IMG/VR virus record: IMGVR_UViG_3300025000_000055
DNA from: a virus
Lineage: Duplodnaviria > Caudoviricetes
DNA length: 64,000 bases
Direction: 5' to 3' (one strand)
The translations under genes and the position numbers were made by a program. The first letter of the stretch is position 1, and each line of letters starts with the position of its first letter. The notes below the pieces were generated by a model. The model was not told where the DNA came from. It saw only the letters and a program-made list of their open reading frames with translations, and searched no databases. This document shows positions 50,301 through 58,425 of this stretch, one piece after another.

Positions 50301-53300
50301 ACAAGCTGAAAAAGATAGACAAAAAGAATTATATCAAAATCAATTACAAGTTTCTAGGAAAACATCAGGGTTTTTAATAGCTCAAAATACTTTAAGAAAT
50401 GAGAAAGAATTTACTAGAAATAATGAAATAAGACAAACCTCATTACTACAAAACATTGCTGATACATCTAAAGGTCATTATGACAGCTGGTTATCAATAT
50501 TTGGGGTTAAAGGTGCTTTAACAACAGCATTATTATTAGCATTACCTTTTTTGAAAGATATTATTCAATGGGTTAAAAATAATTTTCCTTTTGGTGGTTC
50601 CAATTCTGGAATTGTTGATAAGGCTTTAGGTTTAATAGAAAAAAATGATACTAGTCGAAATGATGTGGATGAAAATGGAGTAGCAACTAAAAAAATTATA
50701 AATGCTCAAGGTAGAGAAAGTTATATTAAAGGTTCTGGTATTTTAATTAGAAGAAATGGACCAAAAATTTTAGAGTCTTTAAGTAAAGGTAAAGATAAGT
50801 TTGTAAATTCTAGTATCGTAAAAAATATTAGTAAGTATAGCTCAGATTTAAAAAATAAATTCTTTTCATCAGGTAGAACTGGAGTAATTGATGCTTCTTT
50901 TAGAGTTATTGATGATACTGGTAGAATTGTTAGAGAAGTTACTGTCAATGATTCTAATAAAATTATTCAAGCTATTAAAAATACTTTTGAGAAATTCTTT
51001 AATAATGCATTTGTTAGAGAAAAATTGGGTTCATCTGCATCAAAAATAGCTAGTAAAATAATAGGGGTTGTTACTAAAGTATTTAATTATAAAACTATAA
51101 TTAATCATATGGGTAAATTATCAAAAGCTTTTTTAAGAACAGGTGCCATTGTATTTGCAGCTCCAGTAATAATAACATGGGATTTAGCTACAGGTGCATA
51201 TGAAGCATCTAGAATATTTAGAGTTAGAAATGAATCAGTTGATGAAAAAATGAGAATAGCCTCATCTATAACTAAATCATTAATAGGATTCTTTCCTGTA
51301 ATAGATATAATATCAGAAATATTTAATGAACAAACCGGTATGAGTTTAAAACAATATGTTGCTACAACAATTTATTCAACATTAGCTTCATCTGAAGAAT
51401 TAAATAAATTAGAATTAAATAAAAAGGTATTTGAAGATGATAAGAATAAATATAATGAAGAGAATGGTACTGAGTTATCTTTAAATGCTTATAACGATAG
51501 GCAAAATAAAACTTTCTTCCAGAAATTTATCAGTAATCCTTTGTCTAAAACTAAAGATTTTTTATCTAAAAATTGGGATGATAGTAAAAAACAATGGAAT
51601 GTAGGTAAAAATTTTGCTTTAAGAACAGGACATAACATTGGCACTAGTTTATCTAAGAATTGGGATAGTTTTAAAGGAGGTTTTAGTAGAGGTTTTAATA
51701 TGATGGGTAATGATATTTCTGGAGCATTTTTTAATACAAATGAACGGTTGAAAACAATTAAGAATAGTTTATCTAAAAATTGGGAAGATTTACAAGAAAA
51801 TAGTAATAAGCAGTGGGTTAATATGAAAGGTTTTGTTTCTAAATCTTTAACTGATACTAATAATACTTTAGGTAAATTATTTGGATATAAAGATGAAGAA
51901 GGAAATGACGTTAGTTTTACAGAAGGATTTAATATAGGTTTTAAGGGAATTATAAAAGGTATTAGAGATAGTTGGAAAGAAATTGCTGATGGTGCTAAAT
52001 TTTATTGGGATAACACAAAAGCATTTACTGAAAAGAAATGGAAAGAATTAACTGAGAAACTCCCAAAAGCATTTGAAAGTTTAGATAATTGGTTAGGTGA
52101 ATTACTAGGATTTAAAGATAAAGATGGTAATAATTTATCTCTATCTGACTATGCAAATAATAAAATTAGTGGTATTAAAAAATATTTTTCTAAAGATGGA
52201 TACAATGGTTCATCATCATTCTTTAGTGGAAGAGGTGGGAATGGAAATGGTGGTTTTGGTGAAGAGCCAAATAAGCTTAATAATTTCAAATATTACTCAC
52301 AGTATGATGACAGATGGGGTAATTCAACTTATGATTTAAGTTCAGGTCATTCAGTTCACCCAACAATATCTGCTAGAGGTTGTGGACCAACTTCTATGGC
52401 AATGGTTGTTAGTCAATTAACAGGTAAACAATACGAACCACCCCAAATGGCTAAATTAGCTCAAGAGGGTGGGTATAGTACAAATGACGGCACAACATGG
52501 GGTTATTTTGATAGGGTTGCTAGGGACTTTAGTTTAAATAAAGAAACAATCAACCCTTCAAATATGCTTAATTATATTAATAAAGGTATGCCAGTAATCC
52601 TATCAGGTAAAAGAGATACCTATTCATTAAATGAATCCCCATTTACACCTGGTGGGCACTTTGTTGTTGCCGTTGGAAGAGATGATAAAGGTAATGTTTT
52701 AATAAATGATCCTAGAGGTTCTAAATTTTCTAAACCATATGATTTTAATAAAATTACTAAAGAAGCTAGACAGGGGTGGGCTTTTAGTTATAATGGTGGA
52801 GTTTTACCCCCTAATATAGTTTCATCAACAAATAGTAATATTATTTCTGAACAAAAACAATTATCTGTAATGGATCTATTCACCAAAATGTCAGAGGCTT
52901 TTACAATATATAACGAAAATGTAATGCTTGGAACAAATAAAAAATTATCATGGGATGACATTGAAGGAACTAGTAATGATTTCAATGTTTCAATATCAAC
53001 ATCTGAATCAAGTAGTTTATCTAATTTTATTCCTAAGAATTTACAAGAAGTCATTTTAAAGAAAACCTTAGAATTATCTATAGGTTCAGAATCATCAGGT
53101 GATTATACTAGTTCTAATAATGATACTAATGCATCTACAGGACGAAGAATTTCTCCATCTGTAGGTATTTTACAGTGGAGAGGTAATAATGCCAAATCAT
53201 TAATGCAAAGAATGTATGAACAATTGCCTGGTAATAGTGAAGCTAATTATTTTGCTAATCAAGTTGATTGGGGTAATCAAAATCCCTGGAATGATAGCCA

Positions 53301-54198
53301 AAGAGCAAGATTGAAAAAATTTCTTGGTGATAATATGAGTATAAGTCAAAAAGTTCAAAATGAAATGGCTCTATCTCATATTAGAGATACGAACTTGGCT
53401 CCAGTATATAAATATGGTGTTGATACTAATAAGATAAAAGATCCAAGAACAATTGCATTTCTTGCTGATTTCGCTAATACCGGACCAGCTCTTATTAAAC
53501 CATTCTTAGAAAAATACAATCCAAATAACGGTGGAATGTCTGAATTTGAACATTTTTTAAATGAATTTAAAAATAAGAGTTATTGGGGTAATAAAGGAAT
53601 ATATGCTAATAGAATAAACAATACTTATTCTAAATTATCTGGATGGAAACCTGAATTTGGTGGTAATGGTGATTTTTGTTTATCATGTAATTCAAAATCA
53701 TTACCTGGGGGTTTTGGTGAAGATAATAGTATTATACTTAATAATAAAGTTAATTTAGAAAGATTTACTGGCGGACTAGGAGATTTAACAACATCTATCT
53801 CAAATAAATATAAAGGTGAAGCAATTAAGTATAACCGTAATATATTTGAAAGTGTAAATAGTGGAATGGGTGATTATATTAGTACTAGTAGTAATACACA
53901 AAGTTCAAATATATCAATGGATGAAATTGTTAATGTATTAAAGGAAATTGCAATAAATACCAATACAACGTCAAAAGGTATTTCTGAAATAGCTGCTAAA
54001 GAAATGACAGTTACTGTAAATAATAATCCCACTACAAGTGATACTGATCGAGTTAATAATATCAATGTAAATTCACAACAACATAAAAATACATTTGTTA
54101 GTCCATTCTTTCAATCTTTAAATGAAGGAAATGGTGTTGGTAATAATAAAGAACAACGTGATTATACTACAGCTAAAAAAATAGCTAGAGGTAGATGA
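44326..54198 (+). CDS. Tape-measure-like/tail-associated lysin, 3290 aa, with C39-like peptidase and probable lysozyme-like domains
   Basis: Long helical body, three LPGGP(I/L)GGA glycine-zipper repeats, YYSQYDDRW...GCGPTSMAMV...GHFVV...INDP, then VGILQWRG. Confidence 0.8.
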   Translation: MAIKNRTKIKTKSPTALSWFKNVGKSLGYTTTELIEEMIPAPIDFIKSNTETFKNFYNDLRQSKSLSKKLSDQIVKNEYINIGQTAIKNALKDIKSGKIYNKGRQEEIFNDDIDFEFGDDLNIDNDDYKVSSETMSDSSSSPTVNRVVVSSNINKNNPMVKAVERQTEALYNTTQASDKISISLATNHMMINRKLGEDLNRGLSAINDNLSLLVNFQSESMTRYISTTFKYYEESLNLFNNIHSEMKKGVSEEKIVKEKVDPMDSVFLSKGGLNISGYANLIKRQFGAAVDQDMILSQLKYMLSDKDQLKFLAASPISFLSTKIVSAFIPSMLKQTLTSMNKSFENFFPALLMKANRMIGSQNPILNFLGQVFGINVKQKSSVDLSQYEKGAVPFDGYTKKSITEVIPGYLRKILAALNGKEEVAFDYDNGVFKSMDSMQKDFQSTMNRSILSSFSDVISEIKDKANAFNIQNDEERKKFNKDLETFFLKLPGLNKLINPVRTKDRNGVNINELKDVHDFGSEEMNNFFRQLVLSLDKGDIQKMFGTDVLNARKNKEKIFNEAETNPLRYNAALVNNQLNFDDHIKRNKYNRGQFEVKKGFGVLSKTDQFNKIDLDYLRDIKEILLKGIKVFPITQLINPDGTITQPNFNYHERQLRRMETERRERDRKFKVKKQQDTEITPELERINRQQGRRILNRLSDSDISPEEMRDQIRIFDEQRRSDSERDRRQQSGWLSSFISGDMQTKYNLLREKVRDIFNTPAKLLNTVFKKIDDSMFKIIFGDEEGGGTTSFLSRTWALMQSKFQTMSEWFKDKIFTPIRESLFGPNGFITKLKDSDFFKGIKSNFGKLTDFLFGLKDSTGKRKGGIFSDTANNLLDIFDGAKYYFTGRAYINRSGVSFPSNNKSVFGELKSMFGGFKDTIKSYLFGRRSQDGNIQETGVLSSAVNSIKDGFQNFSDAIFGPRKIGGKDNKNYLIVGDLFKKFKERLPKALSFGILGAGSGLLMGGKLGLLGSLFLPGGPIGGAIVGTTVGFLSQSDRFKDWLFGPKDINNNHIGGFINKKTQEFFKKNKVGIIGGASLGALKSILGFGFLPSFFLPGGPIGGALFGASISMLASSEKFKKFMFGDLQADGNRLGGIAQKIFGKVDKTKAKKMFGNVSAGILGGASIGLITSKFGLLGAALLPGGPLGGALLGAAAGIALSSEKWKKMLFGEFDDETQLRKGGLLGKVINWTNLEVVQPIKIKLQEINLNVKEWFTRSIANPFLNAIDPIKHEIKLMIRSLKDNFVEGWTSFKIFIGDVFEKHVGMPFGKFMEDKVMKPLRGFMSKILGGIGRIVGSIVSAPFKGMEGLSRGLTKKHMQAGLDAYVEEGWNDLLDFKGRRQRGEKIGFFGGLKKFKDIYFNRQARDNARNSSQGAPYARQLEIDRQRREDEANVEFGAKREDIRKMWSAWKDRKRAGINNNYDNFSPDGKVVREQYLSPEERRVEQMTSNPINDTTYNINSRTGRRRRGRPNPKPVNDQSVIILPGSVQQGDTTIVDDVTNVINNRNGSRRRGKKSTTTSSINQPIINQQQTQDTSIIQPTISQSQQPTKKTSTRRIKSKDELIIQIAGDVRTIAKEVNGQLDGVGGNVYKIRKLIQSQQGISDEDLSGSSNRDRVGFFGKVRRMLYKPIDTIKEKVMGSIQFVTDKITSVGKKIFDFSKTILVTIPKQIFSTMYNIGSEILSIGKETFLTIVKLPGQLLNLFAQTTKIFAESLKMVVPAIGETLKGVAKLFSGAMGMVSEAMIGVGKGIGQVAFSIGEVIGSTLSAFTKSIMNIVPVVGDFLLTSSKMIMDFGFGIIKNVGSLLTSVTKSLFSIATSPLRFAADMLGRAVGVNRSEMYITGGIIDVVKKIGDTSSDFTQSPKSNRNNLFNNSDNIVIPVRVDGITSVRIVGLDKPVPVYFNMNTNQNQRRISSSNIPGLNNIGNNGNYLTSSLINALDIFDTQNDEEENNKQAEKDRQKELYQNQLQVSRKTSGFLIAQNTLRNEKEFTRNNEIRQTSLLQNIADTSKGHYDSWLSIFGVKGALTTALLLALPFLKDIIQWVKNNFPFGGSNSGIVDKALGLIEKNDTSRNDVDENGVATKKIINAQGRESYIKGSGILIRRNGPKILESLSKGKDKFVNSSIVKNISKYSSDLKNKFFSSGRTGVIDASFRVIDDTGRIVREVTVNDSNKIIQAIKNTFEKFFNNAFVREKLGSSASKIASKIIGVVTKVFNYKTIINHMGKLSKAFLRTGAIVFAAPVIITWDLATGAYEASRIFRVRNESVDEKMRIASSITKSLIGFFPVIDIISEIFNEQTGMSLKQYVATTIYSTLASSEELNKLELNKKVFEDDKNKYNEENGTELSLNAYNDRQNKTFFQKFISNPLSKTKDFLSKNWDDSKKQWNVGKNFALRTGHNIGTSLSKNWDSFKGGFSRGFNMMGNDISGAFFNTNERLKTIKNSLSKNWEDLQENSNKQWVNMKGFVSKSLTDTNNTLGKLFGYKDEEGNDVSFTEGFNIGFKGIIKGIRDSWKEIADGAKFYWDNTKAFTEKKWKELTEKLPKAFESLDNWLGELLGFKDKDGNNLSLSDYANNKISGIKKYFSKDGYNGSSSFFSGRGGNGNGGFGEEPNKLNNFKYYSQYDDRWGNSTYDLSSGHSVHPTISARGCGPTSMAMVVSQLTGKQYEPPQMAKLAQEGGYSTNDGTTWGYFDRVARDFSLNKETINPSNMLNYINKGMPVILSGKRDTYSLNESPFTPGGHFVVAVGRDDKGNVLINDPRGSKFSKPYDFNKITKEARQGWAFSYNGGVLPPNIVSSTNSNIISEQKQLSVMDLFTKMSEAFTIYNENVMLGTNKKLSWDDIEGTSNDFNVSISTSESSSLSNFIPKNLQEVILKKTLELSIGSESSGDYTSSNNDTNASTGRRISPSVGILQWRGNNAKSLMQRMYEQLPGNSEANYFANQVDWGNQNPWNDSQRARLKKFLGDNMSISQKVQNEMALSHIRDTNLAPVYKYGVDTNKIKDPRTIAFLADFANTGPALIKPFLEKYNPNNGGMSEFEHFLNEFKNKSYWGNKGIYANRINNTYSKLSGWKPEFGGNGDFCLSCNSKSLPGGFGEDNSIILNNKVNLERFTGGLGDLTTSISNKYKGEAIKYNRNIFESVNSGMGDYISTSSNTQSSNISMDEIVNVLKEIAINTNTTSKGISEIAAKEMTVTVNNNPTTSDTDRVNNINVNSQQHKNTFVSPFFQSLNEGNGVGNNKEQRDYTTAKKIARGR
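47367..47891 (+). repeat. Three internal repeats encoding (F/L)LPGGP(I/L)GGA
   Basis: TTTTTACCCGGTGGTCCTATTGGTGG identical in the first two copies; the third is diverged. Confidence 0.8.
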
Positions 54199-54303
54199 TT
54201 TAACAGTTAATTAAAATCAAAACCAAAAAAACATAATGGTAAGATATAAAATTTATATCTTCCATTATGTTTTTTATTTATAAATATAGAGGGGGTTAAT
54301 ACT

Positions 54304-56055
54304 ATGAAGCAGGAAGTTAGAGTAGTTACTAAATCAAATTTAAATATACGTTCCGCAGCAGGAACAACAAATCCAGTAGTTGGTTCATTATCTCCGGGTT
54401 CAATAGTTATTGTGATAGGTATAGTTGATATTGGTAATCAAACATGGTATAAATTAGAAGATGGTAGGGGTTGGGTTTGTGGATATAACCCAGGTGGTGG
54501 AGGTAGTGGTATATATCTTGAATTAATTAGAGACTTAGAGGCACCAGTTCCTCAACCATCTCCAACTCCTACTGATTCATCTACTACAACTGATAGTACC
54601 AATGATACTGAAGATAGTTTGGGTTTAGATGAAACAATAATCACAATGTTATATAATCAGCAAGCAAATATCAGTAAAAAAATTTCAGCATCAACTAGAT
54701 TATTTGGTTGTCCTTTTCAATTTATTAAACAAACCGACTTTAGAATTAATGATAATGGTTTAGATTTAGGTAGAAAGTATTTAGAAAATATAATTGCTGA
54801 ATCCCCAATTGTTTTTTTTACACCAGGGAGACCTAATTATTTACCAAATGTTTCACAAACACAAAAAGATGCTTTAAATAGCTTTTTTACTAAGATGCAA
54901 ACTGATGAAAGTTCTAAAAGTTTGTTAAATGATATAACTAATAGTACTGATGTTCGTTATTTTGATTTTATTAATGATTTTGCTGAGTATATGAGATATG
55001 TTAATTTGTTATGTAGAATGTGTGCTATTTATTTAGGTATTGAAAATAAAAAAGCTTTTGGTACAAATACAACTTATAAATATTATGATTGGACCGATTA
55101 TAAATATAAAACAGGATATGTTTCTAAAAATAAAGAAGGTTCTAATAAATCTGTATTTTCTTTAGAAGTAACGGATGATGTCAAAGAGTTATTTTTCGGT
55201 AACTTTAACTATATACAATTCTATGTGGAACCAAATACTTCATTCAGTGAATCCATGGGGGCTAATACAACTAGTTCTAAATTACAATCAATGTTTGAAA
55301 CAGGGGAGGGTTTAATGAAAGAACTCTCATTTTTAACTAATACGGCAGCTTTATCAGGTGTTGATGAAGCAACTAAATCTTTTGGTGTTAATATGGAGGA
55401 AATAAGTAAAAAAATGATTAATAATAATGGTGAGGGTTTTTTTTCTAGATTATTAGGAATGTCTTCAGCTGTTCTTAAAGGTTCAAATATTTTATTTCCA
55501 GAACTTTGGCAGGACTCCCATTATAATAAATCGTATAATGTAACAATTAATTTAGTTTCACCATATGGTGATAAAGAAAGTTTATATTTAAATATTTTAG
55601 TACCATTAATGCATATTTTAACTTTAGGTTTACCACGTCAATCCACAGCTAATAGTTTTGCTCATCCATTTTTAGTTAAAGCTTTTAGTAAAGGTTGGTT
55701 TTCATGTGAAATGGGGATAATTGATTCTATTCAAATTGATAAAGGTGGTAGTGGAGATGCATGGACTGTTGATGGTTTACCATCTGAAATGAAAATTACT
55801 ATTGGGGTAAAAGACCTTTACTCTAATTTAATGATAACACCTACAACTAAACCAGCTTTATTTTTTGAAAACCAAGGAATGATAGATTTTTTAGCTGTAA
55901 TGTGCGGTATAGATTTAACTAAGCCAAACTTTTTAATTAAATTAGAATCTATGTTTTCAGTATTTTTTGGTAAAGTTGTAAATTTACCTAAAGAAGCTTT
56001 TAATGATGTTATTCAAAGTCTTAGAGAAAAGATTTTACCACTATTCCGTATTTAA
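54304..56055 (+). CDS. Virion protein (baseplate hub-like) with N-terminal SH3b domain
   Basis: LNIRSAAG...WYKL.DG.GWV, then IFPELW.DS...SPYGD...PFLVKAF; follows the tape measure gene. Confidence 0.65.
   Translation: MKQEVRVVTKSNLNIRSAAGTTNPVVGSLSPGSIVIVIGIVDIGNQTWYKLEDGRGWVCGYNPGGGGSGIYLELIRDLEAPVPQPSPTPTDSSTTTDSTNDTEDSLGLDETIITMLYNQQANISKKISASTRLFGCPFQFIKQTDFRINDNGLDLGRKYLENIIAESPIVFFTPGRPNYLPNVSQTQKDALNSFFTKMQTDESSKSLLNDITNSTDVRYFDFINDFAEYMRYVNLLCRMCAIYLGIENKKAFGTNTTYKYYDWTDYKYKTGYVSKNKEGSNKSVFSLEVTDDVKELFFGNFNYIQFYVEPNTSFSESMGANTTSSKLQSMFETGEGLMKELSFLTNTAALSGVDEATKSFGVNMEEISKKMINNNGEGFFSRLLGMSSAVLKGSNILFPELWQDSHYNKSYNVTINLVSPYGDKESLYLNILVPLMHILTLGLPRQSTANSFAHPFLVKAFSKGWFSCEMGIIDSIQIDKGGSGDAWTVDGLPSEMKITIGVKDLYSNLMITPTTKPALFFENQGMIDFLAVMCGIDLTKPNFLIKLESMFSVFFGKVVNLPKEAFNDVIQSLREKILPLFRI
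54337..54522. repeat. Inverted repeat copy A (SH3b coding); copy B at 62262..62447
   Basis: 30/30 identical block (54337-54366 vs 62418-62447) and 104/105 block (54418-54522 vs 62262-62366). Confidence 0.95.
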
Positions 56056-56081
56056 TAATTTTAATTAGGAGATAATTAATA

Positions 56082-56738
56082 ATGAAAAAAAAGATAAAAG
56101 AATATTTAACTAAATATGGTTCAATACCAAAAGATTTTAATGAAAGATTTTTATATCTTATTAAAGAATTAAGAATATCAATAAATGATATAGAAACTAT
56201 AAAGAAGAAAATAGTTAAAATTATTAATGCTAAATGGAATTCAATAGATTTAATATTTTATTTTTACCCAAAAGCAACACCGAGAGCCAGATACACAAAT
56301 TTTACTAAAACTTTTTATGTTAAAGATGCCTTTAATTATAGTAATTTATTTAAAGAATTTATAGAACAAACAGAAGAATTAAAGGACTTAATATCAACAC
56401 CTTGTAGATTTTATTGTGATTTATTTTTACCTACACCATCTCAAATGACAAAAATAGAAAAGGTGTTATCTGAATTAAAATTATTATATGCAGTACCTAA
56501 ACCCGATTGGGATAATGCGGGTAAAACCTATTCAGATATGGTGCAGACACATCTAATAATAGAAGATTGTCTTATAGTTGATGGGCGAGTTAGAAAATTT
56601 TATTCATGTAAACCAAGAATAGAAATACATATAGAATATATGGATAAATATGACTGTTTATTTAATAAGAAAAAAATAGAAAAATGGAAAGTATATACTG
56701 ATAACAAAGAGAAAATAATAAAAAAAGATATTATTTAA
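56082..56738 (+). CDS. RusA-like Holliday junction resolvase
   Basis: TPRAR, KPDWDNAGK..SD, EDCLIVDG.V.K.YS.KPRIEI. Confidence 0.8.
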   Translation: MKKKIKEYLTKYGSIPKDFNERFLYLIKELRISINDIETIKKKIVKIINAKWNSIDLIFYFYPKATPRARYTNFTKTFYVKDAFNYSNLFKEFIEQTEELKDLISTPCRFYCDLFLPTPSQMTKIEKVLSELKLLYAVPKPDWDNAGKTYSDMVQTHLIIEDCLIVDGRVRKFYSCKPRIEIHIEYMDKYDCLFNKKKIEKWKVYTDNKEKIIKKDII

Positions 56739-56814
56739 TAAACCCTAAATAAAAATTAATTTTTTTATAAACAACCAATTAGATGAATAAATTAAGAAAA
56801 GGGGATGACAAAAA

Positions 56815-57153
56815 ATGAATATAACATCATTGGCCTTTATAGACGATGATAATGTAACAGGCCATATAAAATCAGAATTAAGAAAAATAAAACAAAATAA
56901 AAAAATTATTAACACAAATAATATTTTAGACAATTTATTTACTGTGTTAAATCAAAAGTATCAACAAAATATACAGAGAACTGAATATGGTATTTTAATA
57001 AAATTGAATAATATTATTAAAACTAATGATATTATTCAAGAAATAAGATACAATATTATATCTATTATTAAAATAGATATAAATATAGACCTTTTATTTA
57101 AATTTATAATTGAAAATAAAGTCATTAGAATTAAAATAAAACGAAATGTATAA
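56815..57153 (+). CDS. Hypothetical protein
   Basis: 112 aa, SD AGGGG, late motif upstream. Confidence 0.7.
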   Translation: MNITSLAFIDDDNVTGHIKSELRKIKQNKKIINTNNILDNLFTVLNQKYQQNIQRTEYGILIKLNNIIKTNDIIQEIRYNIISIIKIDINIDLLFKFIIENKVIRIKIKRNV

Positions 57154-57184
57154 TAGATAGTATTAATACTATCTATTATACATT
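57145..57184. terminator. Perfect 40-bp palindrome; bidirectional terminator between convergent genes
   Basis: AATGTATAATAGATAGTATT-AATACTATCTATTATACATT. Confidence 0.82.
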
Positions 57185-57192
57185 CTTTTTTG

Positions 57193-58368
57193 TTAATGAA
57201 TTAATTTTTCAGAAATTTTACGAACTGTGTCATGTGAATATTGCTCAAGCTGGATTGTATATAATAATTCCATTAATGTATATTTAGTAATAGCTTCGGC
57301 TAAAACTAAATCCATATTAATATCATATTCTTCATCTTTTATAAATCCCTCATCGGGCTTAGTTTGATTAACCTCCTCATCAAGATTATACTCTCCATTA
57401 GAGACATCTTTAGAAGTAGTTCTAACTTTAAAATCATTATATCGCCGCTTATCTTCTCTCTCCTGTTCAGTGAATCCAGGTATTAAACTAGCAATTGACT
57501 CTAAGACCTCTTTATATGAATGTCGTAATAGAGCATTGAATAAAGTTGTTTCTTCAATGGGACTCTTATTTATTATAATTTTATTTAATGTTTCTTTAAC
57601 ATTATTATCATCTGGATTATCATTATCTCCAAGTTTATCACTAATATCATCTTCAATATCTTTAATTAAATTTTCCTCTTTTTCCTGTCGTGCTTTTTCA
57701 TCTTGTACAACAGTTAATACCTTGTTTTTAACTAAATCAGATAATTCATCAATACCTAATTTAGTTTTATTTAAATCAAATGTTTCTTTTTCATCATCAT
57801 TTAATTCAAAGTTTAAAATATTCAAATCGTTTTCTTTATCAACACTATTACCACATTCTTTAATCTTTCTTTTACATGTTCTTTTAGTTGTAGTTTCACA
57901 TAGAACCTGTATTGATTTTAATATAGGTGAATTAGTTCTATTAATTGAACTCTCAAGTAATTTATATCCACCATTATCATTAATATATTTATCAGTTACA
58001 TATTTAAGATTTTCGTAATTTTCCATAATAAAACTTTCATCTATATAAAGTGATTTTCTAAACATCTCAAATATGATATCTTTAAAAATTATATCTTTAC
58101 CAGTATGACTAATTGAATCAATTCTGTTTAGAATTTGTGACTCAAGAAGTTGTCTTTTAACAATAGGTTCATAGGATTTTTTTTTATTATACAATTCTTC
58201 TGATTTTTTAGCACTGTCATCAATAATATCACAATGCTCACGGATAATTCGATTTTCTAAAAAATTAAAAATACTTATACTATTAGCTTTTTTAGAAGCA
58301 TCAGAAATTTCCTTAATGCCAGTGGAAAAAGGTTCTATTTGTCTTTCAGTTTTATTAAAAATACTCAT
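57193..58368 (-). CDS. Hypothetical (probable virion) protein
   Basis: 391 aa, late motif upstream, structural module context. Confidence 0.6.
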   Translation of the reverse strand: MSIFNKTERQIEPFSTGIKEISDASKKANSISIFNFLENRIIREHCDIIDDSAKKSEELYNKKKSYEPIVKRQLLESQILNRIDSISHTGKDIIFKDIIFEMFRKSLYIDESFIMENYENLKYVTDKYINDNGGYKLLESSINRTNSPILKSIQVLCETTTKRTCKRKIKECGNSVDKENDLNILNFELNDDEKETFDLNKTKLGIDELSDLVKNKVLTVVQDEKARQEKEENLIKDIEDDISDKLGDNDNPDDNNVKETLNKIIINKSPIEETTLFNALLRHSYKEVLESIASLIPGFTEQEREDKRRYNDFKVRTTSKDVSNGEYNLDEEVNQTKPDEGFIKDEEYDINMDLVLAEAITKYTLMELLYTIQLEQYSHDTVRKISEKLIH

Positions 58369-58425
58369 AATTTCATTCTCCCTTCAAAAATACCCGTTGG
58401 TTTTTTATTATATTGTTTTTAGTAT

